From a virus, in the IMG/VR virus record IMGVR_UViG_3300034104_003795, positions 26,370 through 90,369 of that record: 64,000 bases of DNA. The stretch is one strand, 5' to 3'. Below are positions 26,677 through 36,455 of this stretch, piece after piece (position 1 is the first letter of the stretch; each line of letters begins with the position of its first letter). Both the position numbers and the translations under genes were made by a program. Below the pieces are notes generated by a model. The model did no database searches. It worked only from the letters and a program-made list of their open reading frames with translations, and was not told where the DNA came from.

Positions 26677-26973
26677 CTAAATAAATGATTCTAAATGATT
26701 ACTGAATATATCAATATTTTTCATATCGTCTCTGTGTATATACTTTTTTTCATTTCCACATTCTAATTTGTATTGGTGTCCAAGTTTAAACGGTGAAAAA
26801 CTTCTGTCCAAAACTATTTTCTTGTCCCAACCATTTTCAGTTTGCTCAATAAAAATTACATAGTGATTCAAATGTGGTCTTATTGAAGTTACAACCCATT
26901 CCATTGGACCGGCACTTCCGCTACCATGCAATATAGTACCTAATAACTTTTTTTCGTTTTCTATTGTTAGCAT
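26677..26973 (-). CDS. MLTIENI-family member (array B)
   Basis: MLTIENEKKLLGTILHGSGSAGPMEWVV... Confidence 0.6.
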   Translation of the reverse strand: MLTIENEKKLLGTILHGSGSAGPMEWVVTSIRPHLNHYVIFIEQTENGWDKKIVLDRSFSPFKLGHQYKLECGNEKKYIHRDDMKNIDIFSNHLESFI

Positions 26974-26974
26974 C

Positions 26975-27337
26975 TTAATAAGTGTTTGGTAGCATATATC
27001 TTAATACATCAATAAATTTATCCATTGTGTCTATATCGGTACAATATCCACGTTGTACTTGTCCATAACAAAACAATTCATATGTATTTTCATGTTGAAC
27101 TCTATAAAAACTTAACTTAGCTTCCTCAATTCTTGCACGAGTCATAGAATAGTATTGCTGATTAGGTGAACTTATAACAGGCACTTGCGTTTGGAATTGA
27201 AATACATATGTAATTTCGTCATCCATCGTTACATTGACGTTTGTTACACACCAAATCAAATTACCGGTTGCACTTGGTATAATTGTTTTTAATAACTTTT
27301 CAGGATTTTTTAATATCATTTTATTTGTTATTATCAT
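26975..27337 (-). CDS. MLTIENI-family divergent member (array B)
   Basis: MIITNKMILKNPEKLL...GNLIWCV. Confidence 0.5.
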   Translation of the reverse strand: MIITNKMILKNPEKLLKTIIPSATGNLIWCVTNVNVTMDDEITYVFQFQTQVPVISSPNQQYYSMTRARIEEAKLSFYRVQHENTYELFCYGQVQRGYCTDIDTMDKFIDVLRYMLPNTY

Positions 27338-27548
27338 CTAAACATTTGTTACAACTTCCGTCCTCATTCAATAATGTACTATGTATTGGACAGATATCGT
27401 TTCGTTTATCTTCGTCCAAAACTATATAACGATACCCATCTTTTGTTTGAGTAAACTCGCCCAACTTCGCTATTTGTTTTACTACATTCATTTTTCCGGT
27501 ATTCGCCATCAAAGCAATTGTGTCCTCTAAATAAATTATTTTTGCCAT
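27321..27548 (-). CDS. hypothetical Cys-containing protein (75 aa)
   Basis: 'CPIHSTLLNEDGSCNKC'. Confidence 0.4.
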   Translation of the reverse strand: MAKIIYLEDTIALMANTGKMNVVKQIAKLGEFTQTKDGYRYIVLDEDKRNDICPIHSTLLNEDGSCNKCLDDNNK

Positions 27549-27757
27549 TCTTTACGATGTTTTATAAACCAATAAATGTGAATCATTAATACACAAGCAT
27601 TAACTACAATTGTAGGTCCCGCCATAATACCCAATCCGTAAACTATCCAAAACATAGAACCGATTGAATTTATTAAACGCAATCGGTAAATGTTTTCTAT
27701 TGTGAACGAATAAAGGACCACTACAGTTCCTATGTATCCGAATATATCCCAATTCAT
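27536..27757 (-). CDS. small membrane protein (73 aa, 2-3 TM)
   Basis: hydrophobic helices. Confidence 0.45.
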   Translation of the reverse strand: MNWDIFGYIGTVVVLYSFTIENIYRLRLINSIGSMFWIVYGLGIMAGPTIVVNACVLMIHIYWFIKHRKEWQK

Positions 27758-27759
27758 AA

Positions 27760-28011
27760 CTAATCAAATAAATCTTTAAATAATCCGGCTTCAACTCTTT
27801 TACCAAATGCTTCACCTAATAATTCAATTGTAAGTTCATTAGCTTTATCTTGCCTTTCAACTTCCTTACTGAATCTTTCAGGTGTTAATTCGTCCAACTC
27901 TTTGATATTGAAATGCTGTGTTGGTATTGTGAATACTACATACCCCTCGTTTGTTTTACGAATATCAATCCCGTCTTTAATCCATTCTTTTAACTCAATC
28001 ATTTTCTTCAA
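27760..28011 (-). CDS. hypothetical protein (83 aa)
   Basis: ORF only. Confidence 0.4.
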   Translation of the reverse strand: MKKMIELKEWIKDGIDIRKTNEGYVVFTIPTQHFNIKELDELTPERFSKEVERQDKANELTIELLGEAFGKRVEAGLFKDLFD

Positions 28012-28198
28012 TGTTAAATTCTATATTGTCAATAATTGTTCTACTAACTGGATAATATGCAATTCCAATTGCTTTACCCTGCTCATTTCGTTTCCAAAAT
28101 TCGTAAAGACCGGAGTCTGACCAAGATATTCCATCTGCTTCAACTTTACGATTCATATAAGATTCGCCTGTTATAACTAAAATGTGGTATGCATTCAT
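27995..28198 (-). CDS. hypothetical protein (67 aa)
   Basis: ORF only. Confidence 0.4.
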   Translation of the reverse strand: MNAYHILVITGESYMNRKVEADGISWSDSGLYEFWKRNEQGKAIGIAYYPVSRTIIDNIEFNIEEND

Positions 28199-28201
28199 AA
28201 A

Positions 28202-28648
28202 TTAAATGTTTGTTTCATTAATCACTTCAATTGAAATAATAGAATCACCTTGTCTGATAAAATCAACCACTTCAACCCCTTCAATTACTTTACCGAAGCA
28301 AGTGTGATTGCCGTCCAAATGTGCAACTCCTGCTCTATTGTGACAAATAAAGAATTGTGAACCACCAGTATTTCGACCGGCGTGTGCCATACTTAATACA
28401 CCCCTATCATGAAATTGCTTTGGTGCATTCACCTCACACGGAATTGTATAACCAGGTCCGCCATCACCTCTACCGTTCGGACATCCACCTTGAACCATAA
28501 AGTTTGGAATAACTCTATGAAAGTTTAATCCATTGTAAAATCCTTTTTCAACTAATTTTTTAAAGTTACCAGATGCAATTGGTGTCTCGTCATATAGTTC
28601 GACTACCATGTTACCTTTTGCTGTTTTAAATAATACTTTTGTTGCCAT
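28202..28648 (-). CDS. peptidyl-prolyl cis-trans isomerase, cyclophilin type
   Basis: 'FHRVIPNFMVQGGCPNG...GPGY', 'GVLSMAHAGRNTGGSQFFICH' cyclophilin signatures. Confidence 0.85.
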   Translation of the reverse strand: MATKVLFKTAKGNMVVELYDETPIASGNFKKLVEKGFYNGLNFHRVIPNFMVQGGCPNGRGDGGPGYTIPCEVNAPKQFHDRGVLSMAHAGRNTGGSQFFICHNRAGVAHLDGNHTCFGKVIEGVEVVDFIRQGDSIISIEVINETNI

Positions 28649-28653
28649 AATTT

Positions 28654-28965
28654 TTATTTTATAATCATTAATAATTCTTGTTCTCTGAATAAATAATATT
28701 CTTTGTTTTCTAGTTTCACAATTTGTGCAGTCCCGATTTGTGGCATCATAACCTTATCGCCTACTTTCACACTCATTGGAATTTTAACCCCATCGTTTGT
28801 GTATATACCTTCACCAACTGAAACTACAACTCCAATCTTTGTATCTTCTGCTCTAGCGGTTTCTGGAATGATAATACCACCTGTTGTTTTTGTTTGTACT
28901 TCTTCTTTCTCAATAAGTACTCTGTCCGCTAACGGCTTTGCTAATTGAAATGTTTCTTTGCTCAT
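28654..28965 (-). CDS. groES: co-chaperonin GroES (Cpn10)
   Basis: 103 aa; 'KPLADRVLIEKEE..TKTTGGIIIPETA....IGVVVSVGEG' and C-terminal 'YYLFREQELLMII' GroES pattern. Confidence 0.8.
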   Translation of the reverse strand: MSKETFQLAKPLADRVLIEKEEVQTKTTGGIIIPETARAEDTKIGVVVSVGEGIYTNDGVKIPMSVKVGDKVMMPQIGTAQIVKLENKEYYLFREQELLMIIK

Positions 28966-28976
28966 TATTGTTTTTG

Positions 28977-29570
28977 TTAAATTTTTACATTAAAGTTTAT
29001 AATACATCGAGTATCCTTTGAAGGTCCAGAGCTTGAATGGTATCTATTTCCATTGAATAACACTACTCTACCTTTTTTTGGACTTACTCTTTTTAGTATT
29101 TCAGGCTTTGCATCTTTTGAAATCGGTCCATCATTTTTTGTTCTATTGAATATAAACGTATCCCCATCGGTATCGTTTACATAATATAAACAAACAAGAT
29201 GTTCGTAACCAATATCAATATGCGGATTGTCATATTCCTTTCGTAATTCACTTGCCAATGGAAAATGCATAAAACTTCTTGCGTTATAAATTTCTTTACA
29301 TTCTTTTCCAATTTTTTTACAAGCTTCATTTGGTATAATTTTCACTTCATTTAATAATGAATCATTTACAAAACGCGGATTATCCTGTTTGATGTAACAT
29401 GCTATACCAGGTGTTAATTGTTTAATACCCAATCTTTTTATTTCAGATAAAGGTAAAGCGATATCTTTAAAAAATATCCATGACAATCTTGTAGAACTAA
29501 AAAGTTCTTCTAATTTGTCTTGGGTAGATTTTGGTAAAAAATCGTCAATCACAATTATATCGTCAATCAT
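28977..29570 (-). CDS. 2OG-Fe(II) oxygenase superfamily protein (prolyl-4-hydroxylase-like)
   Basis: HxD...H triad 'PHIDIG...YYVND' and 'GNRYHSSSG'; 'GRVVLFNG'. Confidence 0.65.
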   Translation of the reverse strand: MIDDIIVIDDFLPKSTQDKLEELFSSTRLSWIFFKDIALPLSEIKRLGIKQLTPGIACYIKQDNPRFVNDSLLNEVKIIPNEACKKIGKECKEIYNARSFMHFPLASELRKEYDNPHIDIGYEHLVCLYYVNDTDGDTFIFNRTKNDGPISKDAKPEILKRVSPKKGRVVLFNGNRYHSSSGPSKDTRCIINFNVKI

Positions 29571-30184
29571 TATGCTTTTGGTTTTGTTGTTTTCTTTTTT
29601 GTTTTTACAAATGGTGCATCGGTTTTAATTCCGTCCATTTGTTTAGGGTTTTTCTTTTTAGGTTGGATTTTATTAACAATTGAAACTCTGTCCTTATCAG
29701 CCGATTCTACTAATACATCTTTTGCTAATTGGTCAATAACAGGACCTAATTCTGATTCAATCATTTGTTTAGTTTGTGCATCCAATCTATCGGAAATATC
29801 TTGCTTAGCAATTTCAGCCATTTTCTTTTTACCTTCGTCCGATACTCTACTCATTGGAACCTGTGCCAATGGGTCACTATCCCCATAACTGCCACCAATT
29901 GTAGTTAGTTTTGCCGTAGTTACCGGTATTGATGGGTCTGGTGCTGGAAATTCTCCCTTCCTTAATTCCTCTTTAAGTTTTTCCTCGTCAATAATATTGT
30001 TATTAACTAAAAATTGGCGAACTTCATCATTAGGATTCGTTGGTATAATACCTGCTAACTTTTGAAGTGCATCCTTATCAAATCCATCTTCGTTTTTTGT
30101 TGGTTTGTTTTTCTTTTGTTGTACATCGTAAACTAGCTTACCAACGAATGCTAATACTACGAATAGGAAAATCCATGCTAACAT
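29570..30184 (-). CDS. membrane-anchored protein (N-terminal TM, 204 aa)
   Basis: 'MLAWIFLFVVLAFVGKLVY'; Lys-rich C-terminus; a 41-aa TM mini-ORF lies just upstream (30194-30319). Confidence 0.45.
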   Translation of the reverse strand: MLAWIFLFVVLAFVGKLVYDVQQKKNKPTKNEDGFDKDALQKLAGIIPTNPNDEVRQFLVNNNIIDEEKLKEELRKGEFPAPDPSIPVTTAKLTTIGGSYGDSDPLAQVPMSRVSDEGKKKMAEIAKQDISDRLDAQTKQMIESELGPVIDQLAKDVLVESADKDRVSIVNKIQPKKKNPKQMDGIKTDAPFVKTKKKTTKPKA

Positions 30185-30330
30185 ATTGTTTTATTTTAAA
30201 ATTGATTGTAAAAGTATCCAGAACATTCTAAATCCAAAATATAGAATATAAAATCCTAACCCTATTACAGCTAGGTATCCGAATGTTTCTAATGCTTTTG
30301 TTAATTTTTCTTTCATAATTTATTATTTTA

Positions 30331-30594
30331 TTATCCATTCACTCTTTTAATAGTACAATCCTCATATCTACAGTCATAGTACTCTTCTTGATTATCAGGA
30401 TTAATAACCAATAATCTTGCTCCAATCATTTTGATAATTGCCGGCTGATATGTAACCGGTGATAAAACTCTTTCACCTACATATTCTCTAATATGAATCT
30501 TAGCATTATCATATCGTACTATTTCAATGTGTTTATTACTCATTTGTGTTTCTTTTAATCCTTTGTCCCAAACTTCTCTTTGAGCTAAACTCAT
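30331..30594 (-). CDS. hypothetical protein (87 aa)
   Basis: ORF only. Confidence 0.4.
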   Translation of the reverse strand: MSLAQREVWDKGLKETQMSNKHIEIVRYDNAKIHIREYVGERVLSPVTYQPAIIKMIGARLLVINPDNQEEYYDCRYEDCTIKRVNG

Positions 30595-31175
30595 TATTTT
30601 CTTTTTTTCTTTGGTGTTTCAATAGTTGCAGATGCTTCGCGTGGTTTCCAATATTCATCAAAACTTTTTTTAGCTTCACCCCTATCAACCATGTCATAAT
30701 ACATTTTTAAAGCGTAATTACGGCAAATAGTTCGAACCCATCCGTTATTCCAAATTCCAACTTCAACTTCTGAACCGCTTTCCTCACATACTCCATATGA
30801 TTTTTGTTCGGCGTTTCTAATCAATGCCCAATTTTTATCGGATGTACCTGTCACATAGAAACGTAACCCACCGAATTTTTCTTTGCATTGTGTAACCTTT
30901 GTAATCCAGTCACCTTTTTTTAAGTCATTAACTTTGATACCATCCACTAATTCGTAAATAATTTTAAACCAACCATTACCAACTTCAAACTCATATCTAT
31001 ACGGATTTGTTTGTTGGATGTAATCAATTTTACGAGTCCACTTTATATTTTTATGGATATACGCTAACGCTTTATTGTATGTTTTTTCAAACATATTGTG
31101 CTCATATCCTCTAACTGTGAATGTAAACATTTCTGGATACAATTCAACAATCTTCATACTATTTTCCTTTGTCAT
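30594..31175 (-). CDS. hypothetical protein (193 aa)
   Basis: ORF only. Confidence 0.45.
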   Translation of the reverse strand: MTKENSMKIVELYPEMFTFTVRGYEHNMFEKTYNKALAYIHKNIKWTRKIDYIQQTNPYRYEFEVGNGWFKIIYELVDGIKVNDLKKGDWITKVTQCKEKFGGLRFYVTGTSDKNWALIRNAEQKSYGVCEESGSEVEVGIWNNGWVRTICRNYALKMYYDMVDRGEAKKSFDEYWKPREASATIETPKKKRK

Positions 31176-31419
31176 CTTTTACTTTTTTCTTTTTACCTTT
31201 CAATTGTTTTTCGGCAATAGTTAATTCATCGGTTTCATCCGGTGATACAATCGTATCATTCTTTACTATTGCGGTTTTCAATGTTCCCTTCCATTCTTGT
31301 TTAGGAATAAATTTCCAAACGCCACTCCTTACTTTTTCTTCTGCGTCCTGGTCATCGGTTCTACGAATTTCATCCAAATCGTAGCTCTTTGTTTGTTTAA
31401 TACATTTAATACACTTCAT
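31159..31419 (-). CDS. hypothetical protein (86 aa)
   Basis: ORF only. Confidence 0.4.
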   Translation of the reverse strand: MKCIKCIKQTKSYDLDEIRRTDDQDAEEKVRSGVWKFIPKQEWKGTLKTAIVKNDTIVSPDETDELTIAEKQLKGKKKKVKDDKGK

Positions 31420-31511
31420 TGGTTTAAGCCTCCATGCTTATTTTTGTTTGTTAATTTATACAAATATACAAAAAAGTCTTGGAATTACCAAGACTTTATG
31501 TAATTATTTTA

Positions 31512-32486
31512 TTATTGAATGCTTTTAAACAACTGCGGTACAGTACCATATACTGGCAATTTACCATCCCACTTTTGTACATATTCTAATTGAATAAGTA
31601 ATGGTGTCAATGTTTGTTGCTTCATTCTATTTGCTTCAGCTTCAGCTTTTGCCGATGTAAGTAATGCTTGTGCGTTACCTTCCGCAGTTGCTACTTTAAT
31701 CTTTGCTTCAGCTTCGGCAGTTTTTACTTTATTTTCAGCCATCAATGCCGCCTGAACTGCGTTATTCTTAGCCTCAATTGCCGTTTTGAATGTTTCAGGA
31801 TATACTAAATTTGATGTAAACTGATTAACAATAAATCCTTCTGCTAATAGTTGCCCTTCTAATATCTTACGAACCTCAACTTCATATGCTTGTCTATTAC
31901 CAATTAATTCATCAGCTGTATATTTGTTGGTTGCCAATCTGAATGCGTCAAATACGGATGTTTTCAAAAACCCTTCTTCTATTTGGTCCAAACTTCTACG
32001 ATATTTAGCGAAGATTGATGGAACTTTCTCTCTCTTTACTGAATAGTTAATGATTGGTGAAACGTGAAACTCACTACCATCTTTACTATTTACTACAAAT
32101 GAATTTTCACCTGTATATTCTTTGTGTTGAATGAATGTAGGGAACTCATAGATTGAATGTGTAATTGGATTATAGAATACCATACCAGTTACTTCAGTCA
32201 CATCACTTACACCTTTGTTATCACCATAAAGGTTTACTTTAACACCCACGTGTCCTGCATCAATTCTTTCGCAAGACTTAAATAAAAATACCATTAGAAA
32301 TAATCCAACGATACTACCACCGATAATCTTTGTCATCTTTTTAATTTTTAATTGTTGTTCTAATTTATATTGTTGTAATTGTTCTTCACGCTCTTTTTGT
32401 TGGCGAGCATACCTTTCTTCAAACGATTCGAATGCCATATTACTTTGTTTTTTTAGTGTACTTACGTTTTGGTTTACTTTGCTCAT
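31512..32486 (-). CDS. SPFH/band-7 (prohibitin/HflK-like) membrane protein
   Basis: N-terminal TM 'IIGGSIVGLFLMVFLF', SPFH core, C-terminal Ala/Glu-rich 'AEAEAKIKVATAEGNAQALLTSAKAEAEA' coiled coil. Confidence 0.65.
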   Translation of the reverse strand: MSKVNQNVSTLKKQSNMAFESFEERYARQQKEREEQLQQYKLEQQLKIKKMTKIIGGSIVGLFLMVFLFKSCERIDAGHVGVKVNLYGDNKGVSDVTEVTGMVFYNPITHSIYEFPTFIQHKEYTGENSFVVNSKDGSEFHVSPIINYSVKREKVPSIFAKYRRSLDQIEEGFLKTSVFDAFRLATNKYTADELIGNRQAYEVEVRKILEGQLLAEGFIVNQFTSNLVYPETFKTAIEAKNNAVQAALMAENKVKTAEAEAKIKVATAEGNAQALLTSAKAEAEANRMKQQTLTPLLIQLEYVQKWDGKLPVYGTVPQLFKSIQ

Positions 32487-32727
32487 CTAATATTTTTTGA
32501 GCTTCCTTCAATTCCTCTTTATCAACTATACCACCTTTATCCGATGTTATATAGCTGTAAAGTGCTAATCCACCCCATACAATCAATAACAAAAATCCAA
32601 TACCTGCTAATATGTTTGATACGGTATCGGCCTTTGTAAGACCAGGATAAATTACGAATTCTAAAATCAAAAATATCGTAATGATATTAAAGATTTGCGT
32701 TTTGTACTTTTTTAAAAAATCTATCAT
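32440..32727 (-). CDS. small membrane protein (95 aa, 2 TM; NfeD-like partner position)
   Basis: two TM helices; immediately upstream of SPFH gene. Confidence 0.4.
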   Translation of the reverse strand: MIDFLKKYKTQIFNIITIFLILEFVIYPGLTKADTVSNILAGIGFLLLIVWGGLALYSYITSDKGGIVDKEELKEAQKILDEQSKPKRKYTKKTK

Positions 32728-32748
32728 TTTATTTTATGTTTTATTTTA

Positions 32749-32780
32749 CAAATATACGAAATTATTTTGAATATACCAAA
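32749..32780 (-). promoter_or_regulatory. Bacteroidetes-type promoter candidate (minus orientation)
   Basis: +strand 'CAAATATAcgaaattattttgaatataCCAAAT' = rc of TTTG-N20-TATATTTG. Confidence 0.45.
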
Positions 32781-32781
32781 T

Positions 32782-33066
32782 TTATTTAAGAATCTTATTA
32801 ACTAACTTATTCCACTCTTGCACTTCAATCTTATCGGCGTTATACATTTCAAACTCAAATTCATCAACGTTGGCCGGTACTACTAATATGTGATAATCAT
32901 CTTTAATATCGTCTTTAAACATACTATCCCTAACTTGTCTAATTTCGGTACTGCTCATAGCTTGTGGTACTCTAATTACAAATATAGGTTTTGCTTTTGT
33001 AGAAAACATCATTGGTTGCTGATTTAATTGAGCTACCATTTGTTGTGCTATTTGTGTTGGATTCAT
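32782..33066 (-). CDS. hypothetical protein (94 aa)
   Basis: ORF only. Confidence 0.4.
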   Translation of the reverse strand: MNPTQIAQQMVAQLNQQPMMFSTKAKPIFVIRVPQAMSSTEIRQVRDSMFKDDIKDDYHILVVPANVDEFEFEMYNADKIEVQEWNKLVNKILK

Positions 33067-33067
33067 A

Positions 33068-33403
33068 TTAAGGTATTAAATGTCTTACTAATATTGTTAA
33101 TGAAATCACTATCCATATCGTATTGAATGCAATCAATGTAGGTAAATCCTTTCTCATTGATGCCCAAATTAACAAAGAGGATGTAATCAATGTTAAGAAA
33201 TGAAATTGCCAAATCTCAATGCCAAATATTAAACCTGGAATGATAATGATTGCTTTGGCAAACCATGCAAAGAATTCAATCACATTATAATCTGTCCAAT
33301 AATTTTTGTCCAAGAACATTTTATAACGTTTGAATATTTTTTTAATTCCAATTCCTAAATACAAAGCGAATAGGAATACAATATATGTGATTATGTATTT
33401 CAT
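33068..33403 (-). CDS. polytopic membrane protein (111 aa)
   Basis: 3-4 hydrophobic helices. Confidence 0.45.
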   Translation of the reverse strand: MKYIITYIVFLFALYLGIGIKKIFKRYKMFLDKNYWTDYNVIEFFAWFAKAIIIIPGLIFGIEIWQFHFLTLITSSLLIWASMRKDLPTLIAFNTIWIVISLTILVRHLIP

Positions 33404-33981
33404 TACTTTAAATCTTTTTTAACATCTTCTTTTACTTTTTCCAAATAAACTAATCTGTCATTGTGAGAAACAAATGGCACACTCCAAAATTGTCTTGTCT
33501 TTGTTTTGAACCAACCGAACACAAATGAATATACACCCATCACCAATCTTAATTTTACCGAATTCAAATAAAGTGTCATAACAGGTAAAGCAGGTGCACC
33601 ATGTGTTAAATAAGTTCTTACTTTTTTGTCACTTAACAAAGGAGTTGGATATCCATACACCTTTGTAACAGGCGTAAACTTATATGCAAATCCAGGTGTA
33701 AAGATTTGGTCAAAGAATGATTCCATAGCCGGCGAACATCTAAACCAATATACCGGTGATACGAAGTAAATCTTATCAGCCCAAGTAATTAATTGTTTGT
33801 ATTCACTAACTTTATCTTTATGGAATTCAAACGTTTTGTTTTCTGCATACAAATCAATTACAAATACTTCTTGCTTATTTTTCTCAAGAGTTTCTTTGAT
33901 TGTCTTTGCAATACCATTGGTGCAAAAACTTTCTTTGTTTGGATGCCCAATTACTATTAAATTTTTCATAACTTTATCCAT
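33403..33981 (-). CDS. flavodoxin-like NAD(P)H:quinone oxidoreductase / FMN reductase family protein
   Basis: 'MKNLIVIGHPNKESF' and 'IYFVSPVYWF' flavodoxin_2-like signatures. Confidence 0.6.
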   Translation of the reverse strand: MDKVMKNLIVIGHPNKESFCTNGIAKTIKETLEKNKQEVFVIDLYAENKTFEFHKDKVSEYKQLITWADKIYFVSPVYWFRCSPAMESFFDQIFTPGFAYKFTPVTKVYGYPTPLLSDKKVRTYLTHGAPALPVMTLYLNSVKLRLVMGVYSFVFGWFKTKTRQFWSVPFVSHNDRLVYLEKVKEDVKKDLK

Positions 33982-34376
33982 TTGTTATTGGATTCTAATC
34001 TTGTTGCACCTATAAATTTCATATTCCATTCATCAGGTGCTATTAATGAAAGGAATGGACTACCATCATTTTTTTCGTATAGATAATATGTTTCACCTAT
34101 TACAGGTATAAAGTTGTAAGTTACTGAATATACAAATTCATTCCAACTAACTTCATCCACTAATTTTTTGAATTCATCTTTTATTTCCTCATACTTTTTA
34201 GTGAATATCTTATTAGCGTTTTGAGCTTGTATTTGTTTCCAACCACCAACATCTTCTAATTTAATAGCAGGTGCTCCATTGTTACTACCATAGACTAATT
34301 CTCTTGGATAGTAACCGCGTTCCTCATCCCATACAACTAAATCGGGTTTCTTTTTACTCATAACTTGCTCTATCAA
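33966..34376 (-). CDS. hypothetical protein (136 aa)
   Basis: ORF only. Confidence 0.45.
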   Translation of the reverse strand: MIEQVMSKKKPDLVVWDEERGYYPRELVYGSNNGAPAIKLEDVGGWKQIQAQNANKIFTKKYEEIKDEFKKLVDEVSWNEFVYSVTYNFIPVIGETYYLYEKNDGSPFLSLIAPDEWNMKFIGATRLESNNKWIKL

Positions 34377-35466
34377 TATTAATTACAAAAGGAAAACGAG
34401 GAATACCATCCGGTGTTAAATTGAAATACTTAATCGTTGCTTGTTTACCTATTAGTTTCTTTTTACTCTTTAACATTTCAGCAGTTTCTTCCCATGTCCC
34501 CTTTACATTTGATTTGAAAGGTTTACCATCTGCGGTTTCAAATACCATATAACCGGCAGTTCCAGTTCTATTACCCTCACCCTCACAAATATCTTTAATG
34601 ATATATTCTTCGTCCACAAATGATTTATGTTTCAATAAAGATTTGCTTCTCTTATTCTCATACTTACTATCCAATCGTAACATCTGGCCTTCGAATCCTT
34701 TATCTACATACTCACCATACAATTCCATAACTTCATCTTCGCTATTACACGTATCGGTTTCAACTAATACACAATGTTTTTCAAACGAATCAAGTTCAAC
34801 ATCAAATAACTGGTCCAATGCATAACAACGTTCACCAAAGTTTGAACTATTACTTGGTATATCATAAATCCAATACTGAATATTCTTTTTACTTTCAAGC
34901 AAATCAGCATCGGTTGGTTTTGTTTTCTTAACCAACGATACAATTGCATTGAAATCGTTAGCGAACTTATCAGCATATAACTCACCATCCAATATCAATG
35001 TAGGGTGCGTTTCAAATACACTATTCAAACTCTCTCTAATGTGTGGTGCTGAAATGATTGGTTTACCATTTCTACTAAACATACCATCCTTTGTAACTAT
35101 ACAACGAATACCATCTAGCTTTGGCTGTGAGAATATTGGATATGTAACCTTATCTTTATAATCATCCCACTTAGCCGCTAACATTGGTTCAAAGTATTGA
35201 GTCTTATTGATGTGTTTGATATTCTCAAAGTAACCACTCTCTAATTTCTTTGTACGTTTAGCTTCAGCTTCTTTAAGAGCTTGTTCATTATCGGTAGTAC
35301 CATTTGCTTTACCTACATTCTTACCATACACTACTGTCCATTCGTTTGTAGTGATTGCCCCACCAACTTGTCCACTATGGGTTCGGTATTTGTTACTCAC
35401 TACTTCAATTGTCCACTCTTGAGTAGCGCCTGTCTTTGTTTTTTTGTAAATTGTTTCTAACTTCAT
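34354..35466 (-). CDS. ATP-dependent DNA ligase
   Basis: motif I 'PKLDGIRC' (KxDGxR), motif III 'ILDGELY', motif IV 'EGQMLR', motif V 'LLKHK'. Confidence 0.8.
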   Translation of the reverse strand: MKLETIYKKTKTGATQEWTIEVVSNKYRTHSGQVGGAITTNEWTVVYGKNVGKANGTTDNEQALKEAEAKRTKKLESGYFENIKHINKTQYFEPMLAAKWDDYKDKVTYPIFSQPKLDGIRCIVTKDGMFSRNGKPIISAPHIRESLNSVFETHPTLILDGELYADKFANDFNAIVSLVKKTKPTDADLLESKKNIQYWIYDIPSNSSNFGERCYALDQLFDVELDSFEKHCVLVETDTCNSEDEVMELYGEYVDKGFEGQMLRLDSKYENKRSKSLLKHKSFVDEEYIIKDICEGEGNRTGTAGYMVFETADGKPFKSNVKGTWEETAEMLKSKKKLIGKQATIKYFNLTPDGIPRFPFVINIDRASYE

Positions 35467-35477
35467 ATCTTATTTTT

Positions 35478-35840
35478 TTACATTTTTTGATTAATAATTT
35501 CAGCCAAACTTTTTAATACTTTAAAAAATAATTCAGGTGTTTTGAGTGCACCATTATTAACTTCTACCTTACCATTATGCCCTTCATTGGTCATAGCCGT
35601 TATTTTATATGTTGGTACTATTTCAGTATCATATTCAATGCTAAATACAACATGCGGCGGAACAAGATAGTTTGTACCTTTGTTTTCAAATTTAGCTAAT
35701 ACAACTGCTCCCCAATTACCGTTTGATGAACCTACTTTATCCAAAGTATTTACACTCTCAACTTTATATACAGCTTCATTTGCATGGGCTATTGGAAAAT
35801 TAAACTCACTTCCTTTTATTTTTTCTATACCTACTATCAT
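35478..35840 (-). CDS. hypothetical protein (120 aa)
   Basis: ORF only. Confidence 0.45.
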   Translation of the reverse strand: MIVGIEKIKGSEFNFPIAHANEAVYKVESVNTLDKVGSSNGNWGAVVLAKFENKGTNYLVPPHVVFSIEYDTEIVPTYKITAMTNEGHNGKVEVNNGALKTPELFFKVLKSLAEIINQKM

Positions 35841-36178
35841 AATAATTTATTTATTAGGGTTACTACATAAGTTTTAAAGTAATCCTTTTTTCTAAAATGA
35901 ACTTTACTAACATAATCTTCTATTAATGCCGGCGTAGATTCACCTTTTTTATAAACACAAACCTTATTCATTTTGTTTATATTATCCGCGAATATACCTA
36001 CTGAATATTTCACATTTGAAACAGGAGCAACTACTCTTTTTATATCAAAGTATTCAATCAGTTCCGGCTCACTACTTGTACGAATAATATTATTAGGGGC
36101 TATCACAAACACATCACCATTCTTAGCAAAGAGTTCGGAACGATATAATTTTTCAAAATTTTCTATTTTCTTAACCAT
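35837..36178 (-). CDS. hypothetical protein (113 aa)
   Basis: ORF only. Confidence 0.45.
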   Translation of the reverse strand: MVKKIENFEKLYRSELFAKNGDVFVIAPNNIIRTSSEPELIEYFDIKRVVAPVSNVKYSVGIFADNINKMNKVCVYKKGESTPALIEDYVSKVHFRKKDYFKTYVVTLINKLL

Positions 36179-36179
36179 G

Positions 36180-36443
36180 CTAATTATGTTTCATACCTTT
36201 ACAAACACCATATCCCTGCCTTTGTGATAACTTATACAATCTATTTGCATCTTCCATCGGCATTATCTGAATTTCATTACCAGTTTTGTGGTTAGCTATT
36301 GCTACCCCACCAACTCTTTGTGTTGTACTACAATTCACACAACTTCTATAACCATACTTTGTGAATCGTAAAAGTGGCATATCATTACCACATTTAACAC
36401 AACTAGTCATTTCTAATTTGTTTACATTTACTTTCATATTCAT
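36180..36443 (-). CDS. C4 zinc-finger protein (TraR/DksA-like)
   Basis: 'CVKCGNDM...YGYRSCVNCS' CxxC-x17-CxxC. Confidence 0.4.
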   Translation of the reverse strand: MNMKVNVNKLEMTSCVKCGNDMPLLRFTKYGYRSCVNCSTTQRVGGVAIANHKTGNEIQIMPMEDANRLYKLSQRQGYGVCKGMKHN

Positions 36444-36455
36444 ATCTTATAATTT

